Below are positions 15,456 through 24,939 of a stretch of 64,000 bases of DNA, in pieces (the stretch's first letter is position 1; the number at the start of each line of letters is the position of its first letter). The DNA comes from Acutalibacteraceae bacterium (GTDB taxonomy: Bacteria; Bacillota; Clostridia; Oscillospirales; Acutalibacteraceae): NCBI GenBank assembly GCA_045590895.1, contig JAZNRU010000002.1, positions 1,577-65,576 of the forward strand. The letters run 5' to 3'. Made by a program: the position numbers and the translations under genes. A model generated the notes under the pieces. That model was not told the origin of the DNA and ran no database searches. It saw only the letters and a list, made by a program, of their open reading frames with translations.

Positions 15456-18400
15456 ATGAGCGAGAAAAAAGCAGAAGTTTTTACCATTGCAACCGCACAT
15501 CTGGACACTTCATGGTTGTGGACACTGGAAACAACGGTCAGAGAGTATCTGCCCGATACGGTGAAACGCAATTTTGAATTTTTTGAGAAGTTCCCCGAAT
15601 ACAAATTCAATTTTGAGGGCAGTTACAGGTATGAACTGATTAAGGAATACGATCCCGAAGCCTTTGAAAAGATCCGTCAGTACGTCGCTGAAGGCAGATG
15701 GCATCCCTGCGGCTCCTGCTATGAAAACGGAGACGTGAACGTTCCCTCACCCGAGGCAATGACACGCAACATCCTGTACGGCAACGGCTTTTTTGACCGT
15801 GAGTTCGGCGTGAAATCCAACGATATCTTCCTGCCCGACTGTTTCGGTTTCGGCAGGGCTTTGCCCACCATTGCGGCACATTCCGGACTGACCGGATTTT
15901 CGACAGGTAAACTGTTCTGGGGCAGTTCCGTTCCCATTCCGTTTGATACGGGCAGATGGACGGGTCCCGACGGGAACGGCGTATGGGCGGCTCTGATGCC
16001 TTTTTCCTACACCACCGTTTTTAAGAAAATCGAAAAAGCAAAGCGTGTGCTTGAAAAACTCGAAGACAATGCCAAAAAAGGCTTGCCCTCTTATACCTTT
16101 GCCTATCAAGGAACGGGGGATCGGGGCGGTGCACCGCACAAAACGTCCGTCAGGAACGTGATCGCATCACAGCGTAATAATAAAAATGCGGATATCAAAG
16201 TATATTCCGCTACGACGAAAGAATTTTTCGATAAAATGGAATCTGCACCCGATGCGGAAAAGAAGCGTTTTCCCGTGTATGACGGTGAATTTTTGCTGAC
16301 CGCACACGGGGCAGGCAGTTATACCTCCCGAACCGTTACAAAACGCTGGAATAAAAGAAGTGAACTGCTTGCGGATGCGGCAGAACGTTTTGCATCTGCG
16401 GCATTTGTGAACGGCTATGCGGATTATGCACGGTATTCGTTTGACACCGCATGGAAAAAGGTGATCGCTCACCATTTCCACGATGATATCACGGGTACGT
16501 CTTTTGAAGAATGCTACAAAAGAAACCACAACGATTACGTGCAGGCCATGCATACCTTTTCCTCGGAATACACCGCCGCGTGCGAAGCTATTGCAAAGCA
16601 CATGGATACTTCGTTCGTGCAGGGTACGCCCGTGGTCGTTTCCAATCCCGTGCAGTGTGCCGGAAACAGAGCCGCTGCGGTGACGGTCACACTTACAAGC
16701 ACAGCGGATCGCTTCAGAGTGTTTGACCGCGAAGGCAATGAAATGCCCTCTCAGACAAAAGCGGTATCCGCAAGCGAAAAAGAAGTCACTTTTGTTGCAA
16801 AAGTCGAATCCTGTTCCCTGACCGTTTTTGACGTACGGGAAGCAGAACAGTGCTGTGATCTGCAGACCGGTCTTTCGATTCGCGACAACGTGCTCGAAAA
16901 TAAATATCTGACCGTGAAGCTCGATGCAAACGGTGATATCTGCAGTATTTTTGACAAACGCATGAATCGTGAACTCCTGCGCAGACCTGTCCGTCTGTGC
17001 GTACACAACGACGTGCACAGTTTTGAATGGCCTGCATGGGAAGTAAAATATGAAGATATGATGTCGGCACCTTATATGTACGCTGCAAATCCCGTGATCC
17101 GCATCAGGGAACAGGGACCTGCCCGCTGTACGTTCGAAATCATATCCAAAGCAGGAAAGTCCACGTTCACACAGACCGTTTCTCTGGACAGTGAGAGCGA
17201 GTTTGTCAGCGTGCAGAATGAAACCGATTGGCGTGAAGAAGCATCTATGCTCAAGGCGGAGTTTTCTTTCGTCTGCGAAAACGAAAAAGCCGCTTATGAC
17301 ATCGGTATCGGCAGTACCGAACGTTCAACGAATACGGAAAAACTGTATGAAGTGCCTGCCCAGAAGTGGGCGGACATTACCGATGTGTCTGGAGAATTCG
17401 GCGTTTGCGTATTCAGTGATTCAAGAAGCGGCTGGGATAAACCCGACAAGAATACCCTGCGTCTGACATTGGTACATACGCCGCAGGCGGGTTACCGCTG
17501 GGAATGCTCGCAACACGTGATGGATATGGGCCTCAACCGCTACGGTTACGCCGTTATGGGACATGAGGGAAGACCTGCGGATATGACAGCGTATGCCGAT
17601 GCTTTCTGTCAGCCCATGCATACGTTCGTGACCGAAAAGCATGAAGGCGTGCTGTCGGATTCGTATTCGTTCGTGAAACTGAACAATGACCGAGTCAGGA
17701 TCACTGCCGTTAAAAAAGCACAGGATTCGGACAGTATTATTTTCAGAGTATGCGAAAGTGCAGGTGCAGATCAGAAGGACGTAGAAGCAACCTTTGCAAG
17801 CCCTGTCTGTGAAGTTTATGAGGTATGGGGCGATGAAACGCAAAAAGGAAGAATCGACGTCACGGACGGAAAACTGCGTTTTGATATCGGTCACAACGCA
17901 ATGAGGAGTTTTGCGATCGTATTTGAAAAGAAAGCAAGGGAAGAAACAAAACAGAAACCGATCACTCTGCCCTGCAACGCTACGGGTATTACGACAGACG
18001 GAAATCGCACTGAATCCACACTGCAAGGCGGTGTTTCACTGCCTTCGGAGATGTTGCCCGAAAATCTTTTGTTTGCAGGCGTGCAATACAATTTTGCCCG
18101 CGGAAAACAGAATTGCATCGTCTGTGACGGCGGTGAACTCGTCGTCGGGGAAGGCTTTGACAGCGTGCATCTGCTTTTGACTTCACTCAATAAAGACAAG
18201 AACGTTGCGTTCGTAAGCGGCGGTCAGAATGTCGAAGTGACCGTGCAGGATTGCTTTGAGGCGATCGGACACTGGGATCTGATGCGTCAGCGTGCAACCG
18301 GTTATATAAAACCGCAGCCGCAGGCTGTTACGCTTACGCACACGCATAACAAAAAAGGCAATATGATCGCAAAACAGTTTTATGTGTTCCACTGTGAGAT

Positions 18401-18755
18401 CCCTCTCAACGGTGCGGACAGGATCAAACTGCCCGATGATAAAAATATCGTCATTTTTGCCGCCACCGCAACGAAAAAGGTGCCGTCTTTCCGCAAAGGC
18501 GACAGCCATTTTGATGCACTTTCAAAGCGTGCGTTTGATTATGAATTTTCCGCTTATGCGAAAAAGAGAATGCAGCCTGCCCCTGCAGAGCGTTTTCTTG
18601 ATCTGTTTATCAACAGAGTGTTTTCTGTGTATTTGCGTGCAGGTGAGGAAAGCACCCGCCTTTCCTGGGGCGAGTTGTATTTTGTCATTCGCAAGGCATT
18701 CGACAGCATGAACAATAAAAAGCATAAGCAGGCAGTGCTTGACAAACGCAAATAA
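15456..18755 (+). CDS. Glycoside hydrolase family 38 alpha-mannosidase
   Basis: The ATG at 15456 follows AAAGGAGAA. GH38 N-terminal signature TAHLDTSWLW, then ...GRWHPCGSCYENGDVNVPSPEAMTRNILYG...FLPDCFGFG. About 1100 aa and cytoplasmic (no signal peptide). Confidence 0.85.
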   Translation: MSEKKAEVFTIATAHLDTSWLWTLETTVREYLPDTVKRNFEFFEKFPEYKFNFEGSYRYELIKEYDPEAFEKIRQYVAEGRWHPCGSCYENGDVNVPSPEAMTRNILYGNGFFDREFGVKSNDIFLPDCFGFGRALPTIAAHSGLTGFSTGKLFWGSSVPIPFDTGRWTGPDGNGVWAALMPFSYTTVFKKIEKAKRVLEKLEDNAKKGLPSYTFAYQGTGDRGGAPHKTSVRNVIASQRNNKNADIKVYSATTKEFFDKMESAPDAEKKRFPVYDGEFLLTAHGAGSYTSRTVTKRWNKRSELLADAAERFASAAFVNGYADYARYSFDTAWKKVIAHHFHDDITGTSFEECYKRNHNDYVQAMHTFSSEYTAACEAIAKHMDTSFVQGTPVVVSNPVQCAGNRAAAVTVTLTSTADRFRVFDREGNEMPSQTKAVSASEKEVTFVAKVESCSLTVFDVREAEQCCDLQTGLSIRDNVLENKYLTVKLDANGDICSIFDKRMNRELLRRPVRLCVHNDVHSFEWPAWEVKYEDMMSAPYMYAANPVIRIREQGPARCTFEIISKAGKSTFTQTVSLDSESEFVSVQNETDWREEASMLKAEFSFVCENEKAAYDIGIGSTERSTNTEKLYEVPAQKWADITDVSGEFGVCVFSDSRSGWDKPDKNTLRLTLVHTPQAGYRWECSQHVMDMGLNRYGYAVMGHEGRPADMTAYADAFCQPMHTFVTEKHEGVLSDSYSFVKLNNDRVRITAVKKAQDSDSIIFRVCESAGADQKDVEATFASPVCEVYEVWGDETQKGRIDVTDGKLRFDIGHNAMRSFAIVFEKKAREETKQKPITLPCNATGITTDGNRTESTLQGGVSLPSEMLPENLLFAGVQYNFARGKQNCIVCDGGELVVGEGFDSVHLLLTSLNKDKNVAFVSGGQNVEVTVQDCFEAIGHWDLMRQRATGYIKPQPQAVTLTHTHNKKGNMIAKQFYVFHCEIPLNGADRIKLPDDKNIVIFAATATKKVPSFRKGDSHFDALSKRAFDYEFSAYAKKRMQPAPAERFLDLFINRVFSVYLRAGEESTRLSWGELYFVIRKAFDSMNNKKHKQAVLDKRK

Positions 18756-18782
18756 ATTTTAATTACGGAACGGAGATCGAAG

Positions 18783-19286
18783 ATGGCAGATACGGTTTAT
18801 AAAGCAATTCGCAAAAAGCACGGGCTTACGAGAGAAGAAGTGTGTGATGCGGCACAGGCGAAAAACGGATGTTTACAGCCCGAACGTCTGGAACGGATCG
18901 AAAACGGAAAGTTTCCCATTACGCCGGATGAGGTGTTGTTGCTTTCCGCCGTTTACGGGGAGCCTGCCATGTGCAATCAGTACTGTGCAAAGGAGTGCCC
19001 GATCGGTGCCAGGTACGTTCCCGAGGTGAAAGTGAAAGATCTTTCGCAGATCGTACTTGAAATGCTTTCTTCACTCAATGCAATGCGTAAAAAACAGGAG
19101 CGACTGATCGAGATCACGGCAGACGGCAGAATTGACGATGCGGAGATTCACGATTTCGTGTTCATTCAATCCGAACTTGAACGCATTTCGCTGACCGTTG
19201 AGGCTTTGCAGTTGTGGGTTGAACAGATGCTGGCAAGCAACAGGATCAATATGGAACAGTACTTGAAAATCAAGAACGGTAATTAA
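18783..19286 (+). CDS. XRE-family helix-turn-helix transcriptional regulator with CX3CX3C motif
   Basis: HTH-like N-terminus (IRKKHGLTREEVCDAAQ...LERIENGK), then CNQYCAKECP, then a C-terminal coiled region. It starts 27 nt after the GH38 stop. Confidence 0.6.
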   Translation: MADTVYKAIRKKHGLTREEVCDAAQAKNGCLQPERLERIENGKFPITPDEVLLLSAVYGEPAMCNQYCAKECPIGARYVPEVKVKDLSQIVLEMLSSLNAMRKKQERLIEITADGRIDDAEIHDFVFIQSELERISLTVEALQLWVEQMLASNRINMEQYLKIKNGN

Positions 19287-19307
19287 AAAACGCTGTAATA
19301 ATGCATA

Positions 19308-19348
19308 AAGGTGTCGGAATTTCGGTTCGGGCACCTTTTGCTGTTTTT
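19308..19348 (+). terminator. Rho-independent terminator
   Basis: AAGGTGTC pairs with GGCACCTT, followed by TTTTGCTGTTTTT. Confidence 0.65.
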
Positions 19349-19494
19349 GCAGGGGGAAATTTTCACTTTTTGCAAAAAATGCCTGCTTGGTTTTTCACTC
19401 TTTGTTATTCAACATTTTTGCACGGTATGATATGATATATGACAATCTTTGACGGAGGACACGTTCGTCATAAAAAATGAAGGAGTATTACCGT

Positions 19495-20139
19495 ATGCAA
19501 AATTATGTTGTTATCGACCTTGAAATGTGCAAAGTTTCCGCTTTCAACAAAAAGAAGTTTTCTCTTGCAAACGAGATCATTGAGATCGGTGCGGTGCTGT
19601 TGAATGATTCATTTTGTATCGTGGATGAGTTTAAGACGTTCGTATACCCCGAATACGGCAGGCTGGACTCGTTCATTACCAATCTGACACACATTACCGC
19701 ACAGGATCTTGAAAATGCTCCGTGTTTGCAGGATGCCTTGGAGTTGCTTTTTGTTTGGTTGCCCGAAGACGTAACCATGGTGGCGTGGAGCGAAAACGAT
19801 GCGATACAGCTGCACGGCGAAACGGTACGCAAGGGGATCCGTATGCAGGAACTGGATGCATTGCTTCGGACGGAAACGGATTGCCAGGCTCTGTTTGCCG
19901 AAAAGGTCGGCGTTGAAAAATGCTACGGGCTGACGAATGCCCTTATGCTGGCGGATATCGCCTTTTGCGACGGTGCACACGATGCTTTGGTGGATGCTCA
20001 CAATACCGCTTTGCTGTTTGCCAAGATCATGCGTGAGGATCAACTAAAACTCAACCCCTATTATCAGACCGAACAAAACGTATCTGTCGGCTTTTGCCCC
20101 TTTGCGGATCTGTTTGCGGGGTTGAATATTGCAGGTTAG
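19495..20139 (+). CDS. DEDDh 3'-5' exonuclease (DnaQ/ERI-1-like)
   Basis: Exo motifs VVIDLEM (ExoI), MVAWSENDAIQL (ExoII-like) and HDALVDAHNTA (ExoIII, H-x4-D). The ATG at 19495 has GAAGGAG 9 nt upstream. Confidence 0.7.
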   Translation: MQNYVVIDLEMCKVSAFNKKKFSLANEIIEIGAVLLNDSFCIVDEFKTFVYPEYGRLDSFITNLTHITAQDLENAPCLQDALELLFVWLPEDVTMVAWSENDAIQLHGETVRKGIRMQELDALLRTETDCQALFAEKVGVEKCYGLTNALMLADIAFCDGAHDALVDAHNTALLFAKIMREDQLKLNPYYQTEQNVSVGFCPFADLFAGLNIAG

Positions 20140-20146
20140 TAATAAT

Positions 20147-20196
20147 AAAACCGCCTCGTGTCCGAACGAACGGATACAAGGCGGTCTGTGTTTTTC
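20147..20196. terminator. Bidirectional terminator between convergent genes
   Basis: ACCGCCTcGTG pairs with ACAAGGCGGT, flanked by an A-run and a T-run. Confidence 0.7.
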
Positions 20197-20199
20197 GGA

Positions 20200-21297
20200 T
20201 TATTCGCCGAGGAAGTATCTGCCGTAAGCGTCTGCGGCTTTGAGTGCGGCACAGACTTTTTCGGGTGTGACTTCAAAAGGCATATTGTGAAGCGTGTCAC
20301 CTTCCGCACAGGCGGCAACGGCAACAGCCATGAGTTTTTCGTCGGTGATCTCGGTGATGCCCAGTTCCTTAAACGTGACGGGCAGACCGAGTTCGATGCA
20401 GAAATCGATGATACGTTCGAGTTCTTCGCCGTCCACGTTTTCAAGAACGAGCTGTGTCAGTACGCCGAAAGCAACCTTTTCGCCGTGATACATGTGGTGA
20501 CATTCGGGAAGAACGGTCAGACCGTTGTGAATGGCGTGGCAACCTGCAAGACCGCCGCTTTCAAAACCGATGCCGCTGAGCAGGGTGTTGGCTTCGATCA
20601 CTTTTTCAACAGCTTCCGTGCAAGCACCCACTTCAAGTGCGATCTTGGCTTTTACGCCTTCTTCCATCAGCGTGTCAAAGCAGAGTTTTGCAAGTGCCAT
20701 GGCCGCACAGGTGACTTTGCCGCCTGCACACGTGCCTGCATCCTTTGCCATAACGGCTCTGGCTTCAAAATAGGTTGCAAGTGCATCGCCCATACCGGAA
20801 ACCGTAAGTCTTGCGGGGGAAGCGGCAATGATCTCGGTGTCCATGAGCACCAGATTGGGGTTTGCGGGCAGGAACAGATATTCTTCAAATACGCCGTCGT
20901 CGGTGTAAATGACGGAAAGTGCACTGCAGGGAGCATCCGTGGATGCAATGGTGGGGCAGATGAGCACGGGCAGTTTGCAATAGTATGCCACAGCTTTGGA
21001 TGTATCGAGAATCTTGCCGCCGCCGATGCCGATGACAAGGTCACAGCCTTTTTCGTTGACGACATCGATCAGACGGTTGATCTCATTTTTGGAGCATTCG
21101 CCGTTGAAATAATCAAAGACAAGTTCAAAATCCTGTCCGCAGAAACTGCTTTCAACGGTTTTGCCGATTCTCTTGTAGCCGGATTCGGTAATCAGTACGA
21201 GGGCCTTCTTGCCGTACCCTTTTGCGTAGTCACAGAGTTTTTTCATTTCGCCTGCACCCTGGACGTATTTGCCGGGGCTGATTAAAATTTTTGCCAT
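20200..21297 (-). CDS. gldA: Glycerol dehydrogenase (iron-containing ADH family)
   Basis: N-terminus MAKILISPGKYVQGAGE, GIGGGKILDT and the His cluster CHAIHNGLT..HHMYHGEKVAFG. The ATG at 21297 lies 9 nt after AAGGAG. Confidence 0.85.
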   Translation of the reverse strand: MAKILISPGKYVQGAGEMKKLCDYAKGYGKKALVLITESGYKRIGKTVESSFCGQDFELVFDYFNGECSKNEINRLIDVVNEKGCDLVIGIGGGKILDTSKAVAYYCKLPVLICPTIASTDAPCSALSVIYTDDGVFEEYLFLPANPNLVLMDTEIIAASPARLTVSGMGDALATYFEARAVMAKDAGTCAGGKVTCAAMALAKLCFDTLMEEGVKAKIALEVGACTEAVEKVIEANTLLSGIGFESGGLAGCHAIHNGLTVLPECHHMYHGEKVAFGVLTQLVLENVDGEELERIIDFCIELGLPVTFKELGITEITDEKLMAVAVAACAEGDTLHNMPFEVTPEKVCAALKAADAYGRYFLGE

Positions 21298-21361
21298 AAT
21301 CACGAACTCCTTATGTTTTTTGTTTACATTTTATATGAGCCTTGCTCTTGTGTCAAGATTT

Positions 21362-23254
21362 TTATGCGAGCCATTGCTTTGCATCGTCCAGAGACACCGC
21401 AACACGCAGGATCTCACGGGAATCGGACGGGGAGAGGTCGTCACCGTTGACGTTGCACGCCGCAAATGCAATGCTGTTCTTTGCGTAATTTTCAAGTCCG
21501 ACGGCGGCACGCAGAGCCAGTCTTGCATCCGCAACGCTTACCTTTGCATCGCCGTCCGCATCGCCCGGCATCACGACGGTATAACGCAACTGTTCGTTGA
21601 ATACGAGGTTCATGCCCGTTGCAGGGGCGTTGCCGTTGCACTCTGTGCCGTCTGCATTGGTGATGTAAGCACCTTCTTCGCACTGTGAGAGCAGTTGCTC
21701 GGCGGTGCAGCCTTCACTGATGAGAATATACGCACCTGAAAAGCAGGCAATGTTGCTGTCTGTGAACAGCGGTTGAGACAGATTCAGTATATTGATCGTG
21801 ATTTCGTTCCGAAAAAATTCTTCGATCCACTTGTATTCGCCGACCGTCCAATATACGGTATTGTTGCTGTATACAAGATCTGCATTTGCAGGCAGACTGA
21901 TGCGGCCGATCGACGTCGCTTCCTTTTCCACGGTTCCGTCTTCGTTGAGGATCATGTAAAAGGTTTCCGAGAGGACGTAAGTTTCGCACTCCCGTTTTTC
22001 CCACATGATAAGCAGACGGTTGTCTTCGATGATGAGGATCTTCGGGGATGCGGCAAAGAAAGTATCTTCGTAATCGGTCAGCCAGATCACGCCGTAATCG
22101 GTCGTGCCTGCCGACAGAAAGAAATCGGTTTCTGCCGTTTGCGGCCTTTTACCGGTGGCTGTCCTCGTTTCACCTGCAACGTAATACGCTTCGTTTGCGT
22201 CGTAACCGTAATAATCTTTTTTGAGGATCTGCACGAAAAGGTCGCGTGCTTCACTGTAAGAGCAGTACATCTCTTTGGTCGGTGCCGTATCCAGTGAGAG
22301 CGTGCGTTCGGAGGCGGCACACAGAATATATGCATTTTCGGTTTCCGCCAGACCGCCGAGCTGTGTGTAGGTTTCGTTGTAACCGTGATCGCGGTTTGTT
22401 CCCTCTCTGAAATGAAAAGTGTCAATGTCGTAACTGCGGGTGCGGTCGCTGTTGACTTTTGTAACGACGAAACTTCTGGGATACGCATCTCCGTGGTTTG
22501 CCATCAGAAAACCGCCGTCGGACGTGGCAATGCAATCCTGGTCGAAAGAATGCGAACAGTAAGTGCCTTGACCGGATACTCTTTGCATTGTTTGGGTATC
22601 CGCATAGAAAACCATATTGGATTGATGGCCGCTGTACATTTCACGGGCAAAATTACAGGCAAGGATGCCGTTGTTGAGGGCAAGTGCACAGGTGCCTGCA
22701 TCAAAAGGATACTTCGTTCCCCAGTAATCGGCAGGTGAATGGGGTGCAAGTGCTTCGCCGTTGAATTCGATCTGTGCGATCAGATTTCCGTTGTAATCGT
22801 ATTTGATAAGCGTGATGACGGGATCTTGCTTTTCAGTCGGACAGCATCCCATGCAGACGTAATAATACCCTTGCTCATCGCAGATGATATTTCCGAAAAG
22901 CAGATGATCCTGTTCGAGGTTGAGCGAGGAAAAAAGATTCAGTTTGCTGTCATAACGGTCAATGTGCAGGATCTGATCGACGTAATAAGCAACGTTGAAA
23001 GCTCCTTTGTAATCGGTAAAGGAAACGATTGCCGGGGTGGATGCGGCAAAGCTTTGGCTGATCTTCGTGGATAAATCCGCATCGATCGCGATCTCTTTCT
23101 GATAGAAACGGGTCGGGATCCGTGCCGTGTTTTCGGTTGCCGCGGCAGAAAGAGCGGTTGCAAATAACAAGGTAAAGCACAGAAAGAGCGACAGAAAACA
23201 AGCGTATTTTTTGCTTTTAACCGTGTTTCGGGGATTGCTTGCGGTTTTGTTCAT
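21362..23254 (-). CDS. Secreted hypothetical protein with C-terminal dockerin
   Basis: N-terminal basic region plus hydrophobic signal. A roughly 540-aa Cys/Tyr-rich body with no motif I recognise. C-terminal dockerin. Confidence 0.6.
   Translation of the reverse strand: MNKTASNPRNTVKSKKYACFLSLFLCFTLLFATALSAAATENTARIPTRFYQKEIAIDADLSTKISQSFAASTPAIVSFTDYKGAFNVAYYVDQILHIDRYDSKLNLFSSLNLEQDHLLFGNIICDEQGYYYVCMGCCPTEKQDPVITLIKYDYNGNLIAQIEFNGEALAPHSPADYWGTKYPFDAGTCALALNNGILACNFAREMYSGHQSNMVFYADTQTMQRVSGQGTYCSHSFDQDCIATSDGGFLMANHGDAYPRSFVVTKVNSDRTRSYDIDTFHFREGTNRDHGYNETYTQLGGLAETENAYILCAASERTLSLDTAPTKEMYCSYSEARDLFVQILKKDYYGYDANEAYYVAGETRTATGKRPQTAETDFFLSAGTTDYGVIWLTDYEDTFFAASPKILIIEDNRLLIMWEKRECETYVLSETFYMILNEDGTVEKEATSIGRISLPANADLVYSNNTVYWTVGEYKWIEEFFRNEITINILNLSQPLFTDSNIACFSGAYILISEGCTAEQLLSQCEEGAYITNADGTECNGNAPATGMNLVFNEQLRYTVVMPGDADGDAKVSVADARLALRAAVGLENYAKNSIAFAACNVNGDDLSPSDSREILRVAVSLDDAKQWLA
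21380..21565 (-). other. Dockerin module (C-terminal)
   Basis: GDADGDAKVSVADARLALRAAVGLE ... NVNGDDLSPSDSREILRVAVSL. Confidence 0.7.
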
Positions 23255-23323
23255 GAGGGAGGCTCCTTTTGTTTGCTGTATTGTTTATTTTATCGTTCAA
23301 TTGTTGCAATGTCAAGGTCATAA

Positions 23324-23370
23324 CCGAAAAAATACAGACGGTGCAAATAAAGTACCGTCTGTATTTTTTC
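23324..23370. terminator. Rho-independent terminator (symmetrical flanks)
   Basis: ACAGACGGT (23334-23342) pairs with ACCGTCTGT (23354-23362), flanked by A6 and T6. Confidence 0.75.
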
Positions 23371-23371
23371 G

Positions 23372-24655
23372 TTACGGTTTGCAGGTTTTGCAGGGAGAAT
23401 AGTTGTTTTCAATTGCGGTATCACGGTTTGCAAAATAAATGCGGTTTTCTTCTTTGGGCAGGGAAGCACAGGTCGGCAGGTGGAATTTTTTGGAATTGAT
23501 GTTGCCGATGTATTCATGTGCGGTATCGTCCGGTTCATTTACGGGCGGATCGGTCGGCTCTTCAACCGGCGGATCGGTGGGGTTTTCGGTCGGATCGTCC
23601 GGTTGTGTGTCCGTCGGCGGCTGTGCCGCTTCGCCTTTATCCGTGTAAAAAGCCAGTGCTTTGCCGTTGGAAACGACCGTAATGTTGCCGTGCAGATCGG
23701 TGCGGTAAACGGTGGTGTCGGCATCGTGCAGTCTGCTGAGCACTTCTTCGTGCGGATGCCCGTAGGAGTTGTCCGTGCCGCAACTGATGACTGCATATTC
23801 GGGCATGACTTCACGCAGGAATACGTAAGAAGTCGAAGAAGAACTGCCGTGATGCCCGACGTCCAGCACATCTGCGGACAGATCATACCCGTTTTCGATC
23901 ATGGCGTGTTCGGATACAGATTCGGCATCCCCCGTGAACAGGAAATCGGTATCACGGTACGTGATCTTCAGCACGATCGACGTGTCGTTCAGATCGTCCC
24001 ATTCAGAAAGTGCAGGCCCGTAGATCTGCACGGTGCTTTCACCCAGTGAAAACGTACTGCCCAATGCGGGTGTGACGGGAGTTTTTTCCTGTTCTTCGCA
24101 TCCGGTCAGAAAATTGCGGTAACAGACGGTATCGGCGGCGGCTTCGGGTGCAAAAACGGCTTGCGTTACGGTGTACTGTTCCAACACGTCCGCGAAACCG
24201 CCCAAATGGTCTTCGTGTGCGTGGGTGCATACGGCGTAGGTAAGCGAGGTCAGCCCTTTTGAGTGCAGAAACGTGCAGACCGTATCGCCGTCAGAGACGT
24301 TACCTGCATCAATGAGCATACTTTCGTTGTTGCATTGCACGAGAATGCTTTTTGCCTGTCCGACGTCAATAAAATCCACGGAAAAACCGCCTTCAAAGCG
24401 TTGCAGTCCGACGGAAACACGCAGAATGATGCGGGCATCGCCTGTGGTGACGGTTCCGTCGCCGTCTGCATCTGCGGCAGTCAGTGCATCGCCGCTGAAG
24501 TTTTCAAGCCCTACCGATTGACGCAGTGCCAGCCTTGCGTCAGCGGTTGAGAGTGTATCGTTCAGATCGACGTCACCGATCTGAACCGCACTTGCTGATA
24601 TTGCAAAGCAAAACAAAAGAACGGTGCAAAGAAGAAGTATAACGTGTTTTTTCAT
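23372..24655 (-). CDS. Secreted metallo-beta-lactamase-fold hydrolase (ComEC C-terminal-domain-like, probable nuclease) with N-terminal dockerin and C-terminal Ada-like Zn knuckle
   Basis: Signal peptide, dockerin, then MBL motif THAHEDHLGG and DVGHHGS. A Pro/Thr/Asp linker is followed by KKFHLPTCASLP...YSPCKTCKP. Confidence 0.7.
   Translation of the reverse strand: MKKHVILLLCTVLLFCFAISASAVQIGDVDLNDTLSTADARLALRQSVGLENFSGDALTAADADGDGTVTTGDARIILRVSVGLQRFEGGFSVDFIDVGQAKSILVQCNNESMLIDAGNVSDGDTVCTFLHSKGLTSLTYAVCTHAHEDHLGGFADVLEQYTVTQAVFAPEAAADTVCYRNFLTGCEEQEKTPVTPALGSTFSLGESTVQIYGPALSEWDDLNDTSIVLKITYRDTDFLFTGDAESVSEHAMIENGYDLSADVLDVGHHGSSSSTSYVFLREVMPEYAVISCGTDNSYGHPHEEVLSRLHDADTTVYRTDLHGNITVVSNGKALAFYTDKGEAAQPPTDTQPDDPTENPTDPPVEEPTDPPVNEPDDTAHEYIGNINSKKFHLPTCASLPKEENRIYFANRDTAIENNYSPCKTCKP
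24401..24577 (-). other. Dockerin module (N-terminal, right after the signal peptide)
   Basis: GDVDLNDTLSTADARLALRQSVGLE ... DADGDGTVTTGDARIILRVSVGLQ. Confidence 0.7.
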
Positions 24656-24846
24656 TTTATGATCGACCTCCGATTGTTATTGTACGGAAAACAAACGGGA
24701 TTGTCAAATGAAAAATGTCGATACCTGTACCAAGAAACGGACAGAGGATGAGTGGATGTAAAAATGCATGATATTCTTTGTCAGAATTTACAAAAAATAT
24801 CCGAATATTTTTAACACAAAAATGCGGATCTGACTAAATTTAAGCC

Positions 24847-24875
24847 TTGCATTTCTTATTAAAAATAAGTATAAT
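24847..24875 (+). promoter_or_regulatory. Sigma-A type promoter of the giant ORF
   Basis: TTGCAT (24847-24852), 17-nt spacer, TATAAT (24870-24875). Confidence 0.6.
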
Positions 24876-24939
24876 ATAAAAGGACTCTTCTGCATCCGAA
24901 AACGGCGTGCGGAAAACAAAAACCAAAGGAGTGTACAGC

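Noticed and set aside
18783-20139. XRE regulator + exonuclease as a toxin-antitoxin or defence pair
   Set aside because: The genes are separated by ~200 nt containing a terminator (19308-19348). The regulator is coupled to GH38 instead. The exonuclease is a generic DEDDh enzyme without partner genes.
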